A stretch of 64,000 bases of DNA from Ignavibacteriae bacterium HGW-Ignavibacteriae-3 (GCA_002839795.1 PGYS01000002.1:11274-75273); one strand, 5' to 3'. Positions 10,125-20,485 are shown, counted from the first letter of the stretch. Notes: generated by a model not told the origin, from the letters alone. Numbers and translations are program-made.

Positions 10125-10507
10125 TGAAAACAAAGCCAAGACTTCTCATAATAGAAGATGACGAATGGATTATTCAGATCTTCGGAAAGGTGTTAGCAAA
10201 TAATTTTCAGATAGACATCGCCCAGACTATTGCTAAATTTTATTCGCTGCTGGAAAAAAACGTCTATGACGGATTTCTTGTTGATCTTTCGCTTAGAAGC
10301 GAAAAGAATGGACTTATGCTTATGGAAGAACTCCGGCAAATGGAGGCGTATAAGCACGCGCCGATCGTAGTTGTAACGGCGAATGCATTGAGAAAAGACA
10401 GAGAGGGGGCTTTCAATGCCGGGGCAACGAAGTTCATAACAAAGCCGGTTGAAAACAGCGTTCTGCTCCGCGAGTTTCTCGAACTATTTCCCGAATCGGC
10501 AAATTGA
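10124..10507 (+). CDS. Single-domain response regulator (receiver only)
   Basis: LLIIEDDE acidic pocket, phospho-acceptor context FLVDLSL, VVVTA and KPV motifs. The start overlaps the kinase stop (TAATG). Confidence 0.85.
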   Translation: MKTKPRLLIIEDDEWIIQIFGKVLANNFQIDIAQTIAKFYSLLEKNVYDGFLVDLSLRSEKNGLMLMEELRQMEAYKHAPIVVVTANALRKDREGAFNAGATKFITKPVENSVLLREFLELFPESAN

Positions 10508-10530
10508 TTATTTTTTAGATCTGATCTGGT

Positions 10531-10899
10531 TTATTGGAGCGAATGAAAAGCTATACGGTTTCCTTCACTGTCAATTATCACCGCCATATATCCGTACTCC
10601 TCTGAAATCTGTCTTTTCGGTATAATTATTTCACCGCCGGCAGATTCCACTCTGGATAGAGGAACCGATAAATCCTCTCCTCCATTCAGGTAAACAAGCG
10701 TACCGCTCTGGCTCGGTTTATACCATTCCCCGTGGCAGAGAGCGCCGCCCACACCCGTTCCATCCGTTGGAAATGCCGCCATCTTAACGACTCCAAAATC
10801 CATCTCATGCAGCGTTACGGATAGAACGCTTGAGTAGAATTTCTTGGCACGGTCAAAATTATCGACCGGAATTTCAAACCAATTTATAGCGTTTTTCAT
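10531..10899 (-). CDS. VOC (glyoxalase/bleomycin-resistance fold) family protein
   Basis: N-terminus MKNAINWFEIPVDNFDRAKKFYSSVL and C-terminal DSEGNRIAFHS are typical of small VOC proteins. Confidence 0.75.
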   Translation of the reverse strand: MKNAINWFEIPVDNFDRAKKFYSSVLSVTLHEMDFGVVKMAAFPTDGTGVGGALCHGEWYKPSQSGTLVYLNGGEDLSVPLSRVESAGGEIIIPKRQISEEYGYMAVIIDSEGNRIAFHSLQ

Positions 10900-10917
10900 G
10901 ATTCACATTCCTTTCAG

Positions 10918-11565
10918 TTATAATAATTGCCGCAAGACATCGGCTTTAATTTCATGACCGCCTTTAAAACGCTTAATCTGATAATTAAGTTTAATTGAAT
11001 TCAGTCTTTCAGTTTCTCTCGAAATCTCTTCCTCGGTAACAAATTGATCTTTATCTCCCGCCACAATTATAAGCGGAGTCATATCAGAATAAGATTTTAT
11101 TTTATCCGCATCAACATCACTGGGAATACCGCCGCCCCAGAGAATCATACGGTCCGACTTTGATCTGCCCCGTGTAGCCCATCTGACCGCGGAATATGAC
11201 CCTTGCGAAAATCCAAGTATTGTAATTTTTGCTTTTCTAAAGTGGCCTTCCCTTATAACTTCGTCATAAACAGAGTCAAGATAACTTACGTAATCATCTA
11301 CTTCCTCTTCGCGGTCCTCTCTTGTCATCCAGGCAGCCCCGATTTTTCCATCGAATCCTTTTAAATAAAATTTATTAAGCGCCTCCGGAGCGACTACAAT
11401 TGCCGATTCACTTACGACGGGTCTGAAGTACTTAATAAAATCCCGAGCCAGTTGTCCGTATCCATGGAGAACAAACCAGACGGAAGAAATTTTTTCGGAT
11501 GGTTTACCGATTATATAATACCGTCCGGTCTTGGAAACTTTTATTTTTTTTGAGGTTATTTCCAT
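10918..11565 (-). CDS. Alpha/beta hydrolase (phospholipase/carboxylesterase-like)
   Basis: Nucleophile elbow GFSQGS and HGYG oxyanion-like motif. Start moved to the ATG at 11565 (MEITSKK). Confidence 0.7.
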   Translation of the reverse strand: MEITSKKIKVSKTGRYYIIGKPSEKISSVWFVLHGYGQLARDFIKYFRPVVSESAIVVAPEALNKFYLKGFDGKIGAAWMTREDREEEVDDYVSYLDSVYDEVIREGHFRKAKITILGFSQGSYSAVRWATRGRSKSDRMILWGGGIPSDVDADKIKSYSDMTPLIIVAGDKDQFVTEEEISRETERLNSIKLNYQIKRFKGGHEIKADVLRQLL

Positions 11566-11625
11566 TTTATTAATTCCGGCTGCAATTATTACAAACCCCC
11601 GCAAACACTTAGGGCTGATTCATCG

Positions 11626-12156
11626 TTAAGAACTGCTGAGTTTTGTAAATTCGGCAAGCAAGTGTCTCCCCCTGGCTTTAATAGCCGGAGCGCCGGAAAT
11701 CATTTGTTTTTCAATTTCATCGCGTACAGTTTTCAGCAGCTTGGCATCCCGCTTGGCAAATTCCGCAAGCGTCTGCATGCAAGACACTTTAACGATTATA
11801 CTATCGGAAGAATTCAGCCAGCGGCTGAGATGAATAAATACTTTTTCTGTTTCTCTTGGGGTTAGCTTAATATATCCGAGTATTTGAGCGATATGCCAGA
11901 TAACTTCTTTCTGATCAAAAGAATTCAGTTTTTTAATTATAACCGTTTTTTTTCTTTGCGCATATTCCGGAAATTTTTTTGCCACTTTTTCAACTGCATC
12001 AGCGCATCTTGCTCGCACAACTTTATCATCATGAAAGATACCCCTAAATACTTCTTCGAATAGATCAGGATCGCTTGTGACAAGAGCAACAACTTCATTT
12101 GATTTTCCGATTGAACGGAGATCGTTTCCCTTCAGCAAATCGTAGATTGTAAGCAT
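11626..12156 (-). CDS. HEAT/ARM-like helical repeat protein (DNA alkylation repair-like fold?)
   Basis: All-helical composition with a weak resemblance to AlkD-like HEAT proteins. It abuts the MOSC gene stop with 0 nt spacing. Confidence 0.35.
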   Translation of the reverse strand: MLTIYDLLKGNDLRSIGKSNEVVALVTSDPDLFEEVFRGIFHDDKVVRARCADAVEKVAKKFPEYAQRKKTVIIKKLNSFDQKEVIWHIAQILGYIKLTPRETEKVFIHLSRWLNSSDSIIVKVSCMQTLAEFAKRDAKLLKTVRDEIEKQMISGAPAIKARGRHLLAEFTKLSSS

Positions 12157-12966
12157 TTACTTTTTCTCAAGTACTTCAATCTCATCACCGACGCGCACAG
12201 TCCCGGTTCCGTCATGAATCAGATTCATTCCAAAATAGGTTTTGTTTCCGACCTTCCTGTATGTGGATAATGTTTTTAATGGCTCTTCATCCCCGTCTGC
12301 ACTATCCTGATCGACCGTAATCGTAGCGCACCGGGAACAGGGTTTTACTCCTTCAAAGGCTATATTCCCGATTTTAAATTTCAACCATGAATCCTCTTCA
12401 TAGGGCTCGCCTCCGGTAAACACAAAATTCGGACGGAAGCGGTTCATCGGGATGCTCTCCTCAAGCCGTGAATTCAAATCATCCAGCGAGGATTGACCGA
12501 TAATAAGAAAAGGAAAGGCATCGGCAAAGCTAACTATTTCATTCTGAGCCGCATATTCTCTGTCCACAAAACGCTGGGAGTCGTCAGGCATAAATACCAG
12601 TCTGCATTTGAAACCCAGGACTTCATTAAGCCATTCATCGGCATACCGCCCTACGGCCAGGGCCCAGACAAGGTCATCCCAGACATTTACAATAGTTATC
12701 TCTGTAAGATTTGAATTAGTTGGAACAACAAGCGGCGAAATATCTTTGGTCTTATGGCTCAAGATCAATTTGTTGTGATTTATTTTTGTTTTCAGGAGTG
12801 CAAGCTGAGGGTGATGTCTCTGAGTTATAAATTTTTCATCTCTATCAACAATCATCCATCTCCGGTCATATTTTAAGCCCCGGTCCGTTACTTCGGCTTC
12901 CTTTAGAGAAATCCCGCCAAGAGATTTAACGGGGTAGATATTGAGTTCGGATAGTTTACATTTCAT
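12157..12966 (-). CDS. MOSC domain protein (YcbX-like: MOSC N-terminal beta-barrel plus MOSC)
   Basis: N-terminus LNIYPVKSLGGISL and the conserved Cys context KPCSRCATITVDQ. Confidence 0.85.
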   Translation of the reverse strand: MKCKLSELNIYPVKSLGGISLKEAEVTDRGLKYDRRWMIVDRDEKFITQRHHPQLALLKTKINHNKLILSHKTKDISPLVVPTNSNLTEITIVNVWDDLVWALAVGRYADEWLNEVLGFKCRLVFMPDDSQRFVDREYAAQNEIVSFADAFPFLIIGQSSLDDLNSRLEESIPMNRFRPNFVFTGGEPYEEDSWLKFKIGNIAFEGVKPCSRCATITVDQDSADGDEEPLKTLSTYRKVGNKTYFGMNLIHDGTGTVRVGDEIEVLEKK

Positions 12967-13182
12967 GATTAATATAGATTATTGTTTTTGAATTCAATAT
13001 TGATGGTGATTTAATTCCGGCGGGATATTCGCTAAGGACTTCAAAAATAGTGCATTTTGATTCTTCGTTGAGTTTCCGTTTACAAAATCCCGATTTCATA
13101 ATTTTTCTTTCGAAAACGACTTTAAGATTTCCCGATTTCCATTATATAAAATATTCCAACTTCAAAACTGCACATTCTTAAG

Positions 13183-15570
13183 TTACTTTTTATTTATGTT
13201 TTGTTCAAAGAGTTTAAATATCCGTTTATATTCATCTGTCCAGCTGCTGGGTTCTTTAAAACCGTGGCTTTCGGCCGGATAAATAGCGAGTTCCCAATTT
13301 TCTTTTCCCAGTTCAATTAATTTTTGAGTAAGCCTGACCGCATCCTGAAAATGAACATTATCATCCAACACACCGTGGCAGATAAGCAGCGCACCTTTCA
13401 ATCCATCGGCATAATAGATTGGCGAACTTCTATGATACGCAATGCTATCCAGAACCGGAATATTCAGAATATTTGACGTATAACCGTGATTGTAGTGCGC
13501 CCAATCTGTAACGGGGCGAAGCGCCGCGCCCGCCGCAAAAACGTCCGGCTCTTTGAACATTGCCATCAATGTAACAAATCCGCCGTAAGAACCTCCGTAT
13601 ATTCCGATCTTTTGCTGATCAACTTCATGGCGTTCAATAAGATATTTAACGCCGTCTACCTGATCCGACAGATCCTTGCCTCCCATATCGCGATAGATAT
13701 CAGTTCTCCATTTTTTTCCGTAGCCGGAACTTGCTCTGTAATCAATATCAAGAACGGTATAGCCCTTATCTGCCAGAAAATTATTGAACATATATTCGCG
13801 ATAATATTCGCTCCACCATTTATGCACATTCTGAAGATATCCCGCTCCGTGAACAAATATCACGGCAGCTTTATTTTTTTTTGAATTTTCCGGTTTATAA
13901 AGACGCGCATAAACGGTTGCCCCGTCCCGAGCTTTAAATGTAACAATCTGCGGATCTCGCCACGGATAGGAATTAAACTCCCGCGATGTTGAATAAGTTA
14001 TCTGTTTCGATCCGGCGCCCGGCTTATTATTCATTACAAATAACTCCCATGGTTTATTCGAATAAGAAAACCGGAGAGCGATTGCAGACTCATCGGGCGA
14101 AAGGGTAACTTCGTTATTGCCGGTCATAGTCGTTATTTTTTCGGCTTTTCCCCCGTCAACGGATATTTTATAAAAATGTCTCTCCCCGGGATGAACTTCG
14201 TTCGAAGTAAAATAGAAATAATTTTTGTCCCCGGATAGCTGGGGATTATACACCTCAAAGTTTCCTTTAGTGATTTGTTTCTTTTCTCCTGTTTTAACAT
14301 TGAGAGTATAAATGTGGGAATAGCCGCTTTCTTCCGATTGAAAATAGATCCGTAAATTATCCCGCAGCCAGCCGGTATTACCGGCTCCCCATCCTATTCC
14401 AGGTCCGCCGATCCACTCTTCATCATGCTGATGATCCAGATTTTTTAATTTCCCGGTAGAATGATCAAGAAGAGCAATCCATCTGTCTTTATTGTCGGCT
14501 GATTTTACAACCATTAAAGCGAAAGCTCCGTCTTCCGAATAAACCGGTCCTGCGTACAGCGCTTCGCGCGATTGCTCTTTTACGGTTGTTTTTTTCGAAG
14601 AGTCCGACTTGATTTTATAGTCATCAAGATATTCCGGCTTCCGGTTAATGCCGTCCAGATCTTTAGTATCAGCAAAATAAACAGTGTCTTTCATTATATC
14701 ATAAATTCCGAATTCAAAAGTAGTCTGCTCTGCACCCACTTTTGTTCTGGAATTTATATCTTCCGTAAACCCGCGTTCCGTAAGATAGTTTGGAACTATT
14801 GTATTCTTTGAATTTTTGGACGGCTTGTCAAGGCGGAAGGTTATAAAGTTTTCATCCGGTGATAGTTGAATATTAGCAACCCTTTTATCTTGAGTATAAA
14901 TTTCCTTTGGCCTTTTGGGCTGCAGTTTCCTGTTTACTATATCTCTCTGGTCCTGGATTTCTTTCCGTTCCCGAAGAACCTCGAATAATTTTAACTCCTC
15001 TTTCTTTAAGTGTTTTTCCTGTTCCGTGGCCGGTTCCTTTGAATCCGGCGGTTTTATACCCGTTCGGAAATCCGTAAGCTGAACAACACTGCCATTTGAT
15101 ATATTCCACGTAAAAAGATTGCCGTTTAATGTATAAACTATTTTCTTTTCGTCCGAAGAAAATCTGGGGCCGGATTCACGGTCATTTGTATTTGTGATTC
15201 TTTTCTGCGCTCCGGTTTTTATATCCAAAAGAAATATATCCCCGTTTTTTTCATAAACCTTTTGTGATCTGTTATTGTTGAATGATCCAAAAGACGAAGG
15301 AAGGCTCTTCTGTTCTTCGGAACTAAGGGGTTTTATAGTTCCGTCCTTTAATGAATAATAAAAGAGTGAATCATTTTTAGCTCCTGTTCTATTCCAGTTA
15401 AAAAAGATTTTAGTTCCATCCTCGCTCCAGTAAACATTCTCGGGCGAAGTTCCCATCCACCTGGAATCACGCATGATATTCTCAATAGACATTTTAAAGT
15501 CCTGCGCCTGAACGGTTTGCAGAACAATCGTACAAAAGAACAGAAGTTTAAGCATGTTTTTTAATTTCAT
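13183..15570 (-). CDS. S9 family serine peptidase (dipeptidyl-peptidase IV / prolyl oligopeptidase-like)
   Basis: Signal peptide and beta-propeller-type N-terminal region. Catalytic motifs are GGSYGG (Ser), HGVLDDNV (Asp) and ESHGF (His). Start moved to the ATG at 15570. Confidence 0.85.
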   Translation of the reverse strand: MKLKNMLKLLFFCTIVLQTVQAQDFKMSIENIMRDSRWMGTSPENVYWSEDGTKIFFNWNRTGAKNDSLFYYSLKDGTIKPLSSEEQKSLPSSFGSFNNNRSQKVYEKNGDIFLLDIKTGAQKRITNTNDRESGPRFSSDEKKIVYTLNGNLFTWNISNGSVVQLTDFRTGIKPPDSKEPATEQEKHLKKEELKLFEVLRERKEIQDQRDIVNRKLQPKRPKEIYTQDKRVANIQLSPDENFITFRLDKPSKNSKNTIVPNYLTERGFTEDINSRTKVGAEQTTFEFGIYDIMKDTVYFADTKDLDGINRKPEYLDDYKIKSDSSKKTTVKEQSREALYAGPVYSEDGAFALMVVKSADNKDRWIALLDHSTGKLKNLDHQHDEEWIGGPGIGWGAGNTGWLRDNLRIYFQSEESGYSHIYTLNVKTGEKKQITKGNFEVYNPQLSGDKNYFYFTSNEVHPGERHFYKISVDGGKAEKITTMTGNNEVTLSPDESAIALRFSYSNKPWELFVMNNKPGAGSKQITYSTSREFNSYPWRDPQIVTFKARDGATVYARLYKPENSKKNKAAVIFVHGAGYLQNVHKWWSEYYREYMFNNFLADKGYTVLDIDYRASSGYGKKWRTDIYRDMGGKDLSDQVDGVKYLIERHEVDQQKIGIYGGSYGGFVTLMAMFKEPDVFAAGAALRPVTDWAHYNHGYTSNILNIPVLDSIAYHRSSPIYYADGLKGALLICHGVLDDNVHFQDAVRLTQKLIELGKENWELAIYPAESHGFKEPSSWTDEYKRIFKLFEQNINKK

Positions 15571-15617
15571 TTTATTCCGCTTTAGATGCACATAATGAAT
15601 GAATTATTAATTTTAAA

Positions 15618-16421
15618 TTACTCGATTATTTTCAAATATTTCAAAATATCGCGCGAAGCGCTGCTTCTCAAATCACGCACTTCTTCAAATGTTTCGGCTT
15701 CTACATTAAACGCGAAAACGCAGACGTCCTTTTCCTTTTCTACATAACCAACGAGCCAGCCGATGTAAGCGCCATTTTCCTTCTGTCCGGTCCCCGTCTT
15801 GTATTTTAAAAGCGATTTGGAATATTTTTCTCCGGACATAATATTTTTTACTATATCAATATTCCGTCTTGAGAATGGAAGTGAATATTCATAAAAACGC
15901 TTTAGAAATATTATCTGCTCATCCGCTGAAATTTTAAGAGAATTATCAAGCCAGAACTCATCCGTTTTCTTCCCGATAATTTTATTTCCGTAGTTGAGAT
16001 TTTTTAAGTATTTATTATAATTCCTCTTCCCGACACGCCTGGCTAATTCCTGGTAATAAGGAACAACCGAATATTTAATTGCGGAGGCCAAATTATGATC
16101 CTTATTCCAGTCATTGTTCCAGCGATTAACGCCATCCCATTTAATTACAAAATTCTCGTCCGGAATAACTCCCGTTTCCAGACCAATAAGAGAGTTCGGA
16201 ATTTTAAAAGTTGAGGCGGGAAGAAACCGTTCTGCACAGCGTTTTGAATTGTAACGGAAATATTCATCTGTCTGAAGATCAAGCGAAACGAAAGCCCCGG
16301 TATGCTCTTTTAATATTTTGGCTATTATAGTTGAGTCAGGCGCGGGCTTCCGGGCAATTATCGGACCCGACAAGAAAAAGACCATTAATGCTACGGAGGC
16401 TATTATGAATTTACTTTTCAT
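15618..16421 (-). CDS. Class D (OXA-type) beta-lactamase
   Basis: Signal peptide plus the complete class D motif set in order: STFK, SVV (AIKYSVVP), YGN, FWLDNSLKIS...EQ, KTGTG and WLVGY. Confidence 0.85.
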   Translation of the reverse strand: MKSKFIIASVALMVFFLSGPIIARKPAPDSTIIAKILKEHTGAFVSLDLQTDEYFRYNSKRCAERFLPASTFKIPNSLIGLETGVIPDENFVIKWDGVNRWNNDWNKDHNLASAIKYSVVPYYQELARRVGKRNYNKYLKNLNYGNKIIGKKTDEFWLDNSLKISADEQIIFLKRFYEYSLPFSRRNIDIVKNIMSGEKYSKSLLKYKTGTGQKENGAYIGWLVGYVEKEKDVCVFAFNVEAETFEEVRDLRSSASRDILKYLKIIE

Positions 16422-16433
16422 GCAAGTATTCGA

Positions 16434-16775
16434 TTAATAATCTTTCGCGATAGATTCGTGGGGCAGTAAAAATTCTACCGGCGCCCCGTTATTGATTATA
16501 AGTGCTAACGTTACGCCCGGCGAAGGATAAATGGGTTCTATTAATATTTCCTTTTCCTTTATAGCGTCGTTTAGATCGTCAACTTCAAATGCAACGCGCG
16601 GAATTGTCTTAACAAGTTTAGGCGTGCGGAAATTCTTTTCGAACCTCATCCATTCAATCTTATAAGGACCGGACTCGTAACCGGAAGCATGAACTTTAAA
16701 ATCCTCAAGAAATGTCTCATTGTCCCGTTTTTGATTTGTGGGAATTCCCGGGTGATGATATTTAAGAGTGGCCAA
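16434..16775 (-). CDS. Small hypothetical protein (possibly VOC/glyoxalase fold)
   Basis: 113-aa ORF with no signal peptide, only loosely reminiscent of VOC half-domains. It sits 12 nt upstream of the beta-lactamase start. Confidence 0.35.
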   Translation of the reverse strand: MATLKYHHPGIPTNQKRDNETFLEDFKVHASGYESGPYKIEWMRFEKNFRTPKLVKTIPRVAFEVDDLNDAIKEKEILIEPIYPSPGVTLALIINNGAPVEFLLPHESIAKDY

Positions 16776-16918
16776 ATTATTCTACTTTTTGTTGAGTGTT
16801 ACTTTAAAAAGTATCTTTTTGAGAGACAAAACGCAACGGTACGGGCTGTCTATTCTACTCGCGGGCAGAGAATTTTAAACAGGCGTGGATATTAGATTAT
16901 TATCCGGAAAGTTATTCA

Positions 16919-17770
16919 TTAAATTGAAAATGCCACTCCCAGCGATAACGAAAAAGATCTCTTCAAGCCGTCAACATTTACAGGTCGTTTTTTTAAAGGA
17001 AGGGCGATCTCACCGTTCAGACTGAAGGAATCAGAAAATTTTTTTGAAATCTTTCCAAGAAGATTTACCTGCAGCTGATCGCTTCCATCCAGATCAGCAT
17101 AAAGTGAATTTGAATTGAGAGAAGCAATCACGGAGGAATTCTGAAGTCTCTTTATTATAAGCATTTCAAGGCCAAGATTAATATTATTTGATAATTGTTC
17201 CGAATATCCGGCTTTAAACAGCAGATCATCTCCGCGCTTTAAGCCATTAATTTTATTTGCGCTCCGCCCGCCGCTCACTTGATAACCGAGCCCGACAGAA
17301 TATTTTTCGATGGAATAATCAACACCAAGAAGTATATCGTTTGAGCCTAATCCCGGCTGGTATGGCTGTGGCAGATCATTCACGTTAACTTGTCCGGTTG
17401 CCAGTTTCATTCCTATGGAAAAATTGACTGAAGATTCAGAAGATATTTCAACCGGCTGAGTGATGCCCAGAATTATATCCCCGATACCGTTTACCGAACC
17501 GAGCGGTCCGTCAATAAGATTATACGGAATTGATATGTATAGATTCGTCTCTTCGAATATGCTTATTCTGGAAGAAATAGATATCGAATTGAAATTAAGA
17601 TTGTCATCGCCGCCGCTTTTGCCAAACGAATAATTTACAGAGAGAAGATCATCGTTTTTCTCCGCACCGGGACTTTTGCCCAGGCTGCATATTCCGGCAT
17701 CAGAGCATTGCGCTTCAACAGGAATGTTTATAGCGACCACTATCAGCATTAGTACAAATATTTTTTTCAT
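16919..17770 (-). CDS. Outer-membrane beta-barrel protein (MetA/phenol-degradation-like transporter fold?)
   Basis: Signal peptide MKKIFVLMLIVVAINIPVEAQ, alternating amphipathic strands and a C-terminal aromatic end (GVAFSI). Confidence 0.55.
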   Translation of the reverse strand: MKKIFVLMLIVVAINIPVEAQCSDAGICSLGKSPGAEKNDDLLSVNYSFGKSGGDDNLNFNSISISSRISIFEETNLYISIPYNLIDGPLGSVNGIGDIILGITQPVEISSESSVNFSIGMKLATGQVNVNDLPQPYQPGLGSNDILLGVDYSIEKYSVGLGYQVSGGRSANKINGLKRGDDLLFKAGYSEQLSNNINLGLEMLIIKRLQNSSVIASLNSNSLYADLDGSDQLQVNLLGKISKKFSDSFSLNGEIALPLKKRPVNVDGLKRSFSLSLGVAFSI

Positions 17771-17836
17771 AGAATTAATCCCTAATTCAATTAAAGACGG
17801 TACGTTTTTTTTGCATCATTAAGCAAAGCCCGACAG

Positions 17837-18883
17837 TTATTTCTGAAGTAGCATTTTCTTATAAAAATTCTTGCCCCCGGCGTTTAGAACATAAAAATAA
17901 ACACCGCTGGAAAATTGAGAACCCTGCGTGCCTGCAGGCATGTTGAGAATTGAGAATTGAGAATTATACCTTCCGGCTGACTGAAATTCATTTACAAGAG
18001 TTGCGACCTCTCTTCCGAGCAGATCATAAATCTTTAATGAAACATTTCCGGGAGCGGATAATTGGTAACTTATTACTGTTTCAGGATTAAACGGGTTCGG
18101 ATAATTCTGATAAAGTATATAATCCGCAGGGATATTTTCGGCCTCTTCTTTTATTCCCGTCGCAACCATGTCTTTATAAGAAATATATTCAGACTGAATT
18201 ACTTCTTTGGTTCCGGTCCTCTGGACAAAAACAACTACTCCGAGATTTTCCCTTATCCACGCAGACTTGAGCTGAATCGATGAAGCGATTTTTTGAGAAA
18301 CGGACGTTATATTTTTTCCTCCCGCCGGGGCCGAAATCATTCTCATCACATTTTTATGATTTACAATTCCATTTCTTCCCTGATAATTAACATTTTCAAC
18401 AACTACAAGCTGCAAAACCAGATCGCCTGCGTTGAAGCCGGGTGTTACTGTCATATCCGCATCTATTTTCATGGCATCGGCAGTATGTGTACCTGATAAT
18501 TTAATTTCTAAAGGAGATTTTATTGCAATCCTTGAATCTATTACCGAAGACCATTGGCTGTAATTTCCGGGCGCGGTGCTTCCGTCAAAAAATGACTGCG
18601 GTGTGCTGCTGAATGGTCCGTAAAAACTATTTCTTGAATTCGCATCAGATACATTTGCAAGATTAAGCTGATCATCCGGATAGGGAAAATTCATATGGTA
18701 ATATATCAGCCTCACTCGTCCGGAGTTGCTGTTTAACGTCATGTACGAATCTATTGTGCCGTGCGCCGCCGGACATAATACGCAATGGGAATTAGTCAAC
18801 ACTTCAACAAGAATATTCCTGTTGTAATCCTGAGCAAAAAGGATAAATGGAAATATTAAAAACAGATAAATTGTTTTTTTCAT
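17837..18883 (-). CDS. T9SS-sorted surface protein with thioredoxin-like CxxC N-terminal domain (Omp28-related)
   Basis: Signal peptide, then EVLTNSHCVLCPAAH (CxxC). C-terminal Por secretion tail: NYPNPFNPETVISYQL...GVYFYVLNAGGKNFYKKMLLQK. Confidence 0.65.
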   Translation of the reverse strand: MKKTIYLFLIFPFILFAQDYNRNILVEVLTNSHCVLCPAAHGTIDSYMTLNSNSGRVRLIYYHMNFPYPDDQLNLANVSDANSRNSFYGPFSSTPQSFFDGSTAPGNYSQWSSVIDSRIAIKSPLEIKLSGTHTADAMKIDADMTVTPGFNAGDLVLQLVVVENVNYQGRNGIVNHKNVMRMISAPAGGKNITSVSQKIASSIQLKSAWIRENLGVVVFVQRTGTKEVIQSEYISYKDMVATGIKEEAENIPADYILYQNYPNPFNPETVISYQLSAPGNVSLKIYDLLGREVATLVNEFQSAGRYNSQFSILNMPAGTQGSQFSSGVYFYVLNAGGKNFYKKMLLQK

Positions 18884-18892
18884 TTTGGACTC

Positions 18893-20485
18893 TTAAATAT
18901 TGCTTATAAATGTTACTCTGATTCCGTCAAACGGTTGTATATATCGGCAAACACCGTTGGAGCAGATCTGTCCGCCCCGCTCTCTGCCGTAGGAAATGGA
19001 AAAATTGTGTTCGCCGGAAATACGGTATCCGCCCTCTATTGAGAACCAATCCTTCCTGCCGGAAATTTCATTTTCATTGTTTGTGAATTCATACCGCATG
19101 CCAAAAGTAAATTTTGAAATGAAGTTCCCGGTAAATGCTATTAACTGATTACTAAAGTTGTTCTGGCCGGAATTATAGTTGTCAAAAACGGATTCATGCT
19201 CGTATTGTACTGTTACCGAGTACTCTTGAGAAATACTGTGCTGTAAATAAAAAGGAAAAACTGTCGATCTAATTTTATGCGTTCCGGCATCGCCCGTAAA
19301 ATCGTTGTAAATTGTTTTGATCCTCCGGGCTATTCCGAAATTTACATCCGTCGATTCACTCAGCGAGTGTTCAACTTCCAGAAATCCTTCTCTGAAAGGA
19401 GAGTACCTGTCGTCCAACGAGGGAAGAAAATTATTTGAGCGAACCTCTTTGTCAAACTGAAAATTAGCGCGGTTGAGTTTATAAAAATCGTGTCTGCTTG
19501 ATGCGCTTGCGTTCAGATTTATATTTGTATTCTCTCCCAAAGAATAAAATATTTCAACTTGCAATCCGACCTCATCATTAAAATCAATTTCCTGCAGTGA
19601 CCTGGAAAGGAACAGATAACTATGTTCTTTCATGACAGTCGGCGGATTCTGAAAAGGAAGCATTCTTGTGGACCGCGTAAAGTCATTGCGTTCATACGGA
19701 TTTCTTTCGTCATAGCTGTAATTTTTATAATCAAATGTCAGTCCGCCACGGTCAAAGTTGTAGCCGATTAAGGAGTAAATACCAAATCCTCTTGAAGATT
19801 CCCCCGCTTTTACTCCGGTCCATTTATGGGAATAATCAATTAGCCATCTGAAATTCCCGGTATTTAGAGAGAAATAGAATTCACCGACTTCCGCCTTAAG
19901 CTCGCTGGTAATTTGGGGAAGAGGGATTGTTCCGTTTGCCCTTACAAATGAAACTCCGAATGAAAACATTTTATTCAATTTGTATTCAGTGTTGGCCCCA
20001 AAAAGCAAATATTCCTCCGTTCTCCAAAAATTTGTTGAGTCGGTAAATTCGAGCCATCCCGATAATATTGAGGCCTTTAAATCTCCGATCTCATATTTAG
20101 CTGTAATTCCATTTAGCCAAGTATCATAAGACAATCCCCGGTTTTCAAATAAATTAATTGCGAGACCTTTACCATACAGCTCCGATGAATTTCCAAGTCT
20201 TATTTCAAGATCATCGTTTCTGTAAGCAATAAATTTTCTGCTTATGCCGGTGAACCGTTTTCCAACTTCCGGCGGATCATCGTAAAGTATCCGGGCTCCC
20301 GCAGTAAAATTTGACAGAAATTTAAATTTCACTTCGGTCAAATTCTCGCGATAGACATATGAATTTTTTAAAGAGCCAATTGAACGCTCACCGCTTCCAT
20401 AACGGAATAAATTAGATACCGAAAAATCAGTCTGTGCCGCCATGGTTCCGCTCAATATTATAAAGAGAAATACTTTCAGCGCCAT
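18893..20485 (-). CDS. Porin-like outer-membrane beta-barrel protein (DUF6029-like)
   Basis: Signal peptide MALKVFLFIILSGTMAAQ, Tyr/Gly/Asn-rich alternating strands and a terminal aromatic-rich strand. Its ATG directly abuts the TlpA stop. The family name is from memory. Confidence 0.5.
   Translation of the reverse strand: MALKVFLFIILSGTMAAQTDFSVSNLFRYGSGERSIGSLKNSYVYRENLTEVKFKFLSNFTAGARILYDDPPEVGKRFTGISRKFIAYRNDDLEIRLGNSSELYGKGLAINLFENRGLSYDTWLNGITAKYEIGDLKASILSGWLEFTDSTNFWRTEEYLLFGANTEYKLNKMFSFGVSFVRANGTIPLPQITSELKAEVGEFYFSLNTGNFRWLIDYSHKWTGVKAGESSRGFGIYSLIGYNFDRGGLTFDYKNYSYDERNPYERNDFTRSTRMLPFQNPPTVMKEHSYLFLSRSLQEIDFNDEVGLQVEIFYSLGENTNINLNASASSRHDFYKLNRANFQFDKEVRSNNFLPSLDDRYSPFREGFLEVEHSLSESTDVNFGIARRIKTIYNDFTGDAGTHKIRSTVFPFYLQHSISQEYSVTVQYEHESVFDNYNSGQNNFSNQLIAFTGNFISKFTFGMRYEFTNNENEISGRKDWFSIEGGYRISGEHNFSISYGRERGGQICSNGVCRYIQPFDGIRVTFISNI

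Noticed and set aside
11605-11625. GGGCTGATTCATCG, reminiscent of the 5' end of tmRNA
   Set aside because: It sits in a 20-nt spacer between two protein genes, leaving no room for a structured RNA of about 350 nt. The resemblance is coincidental.
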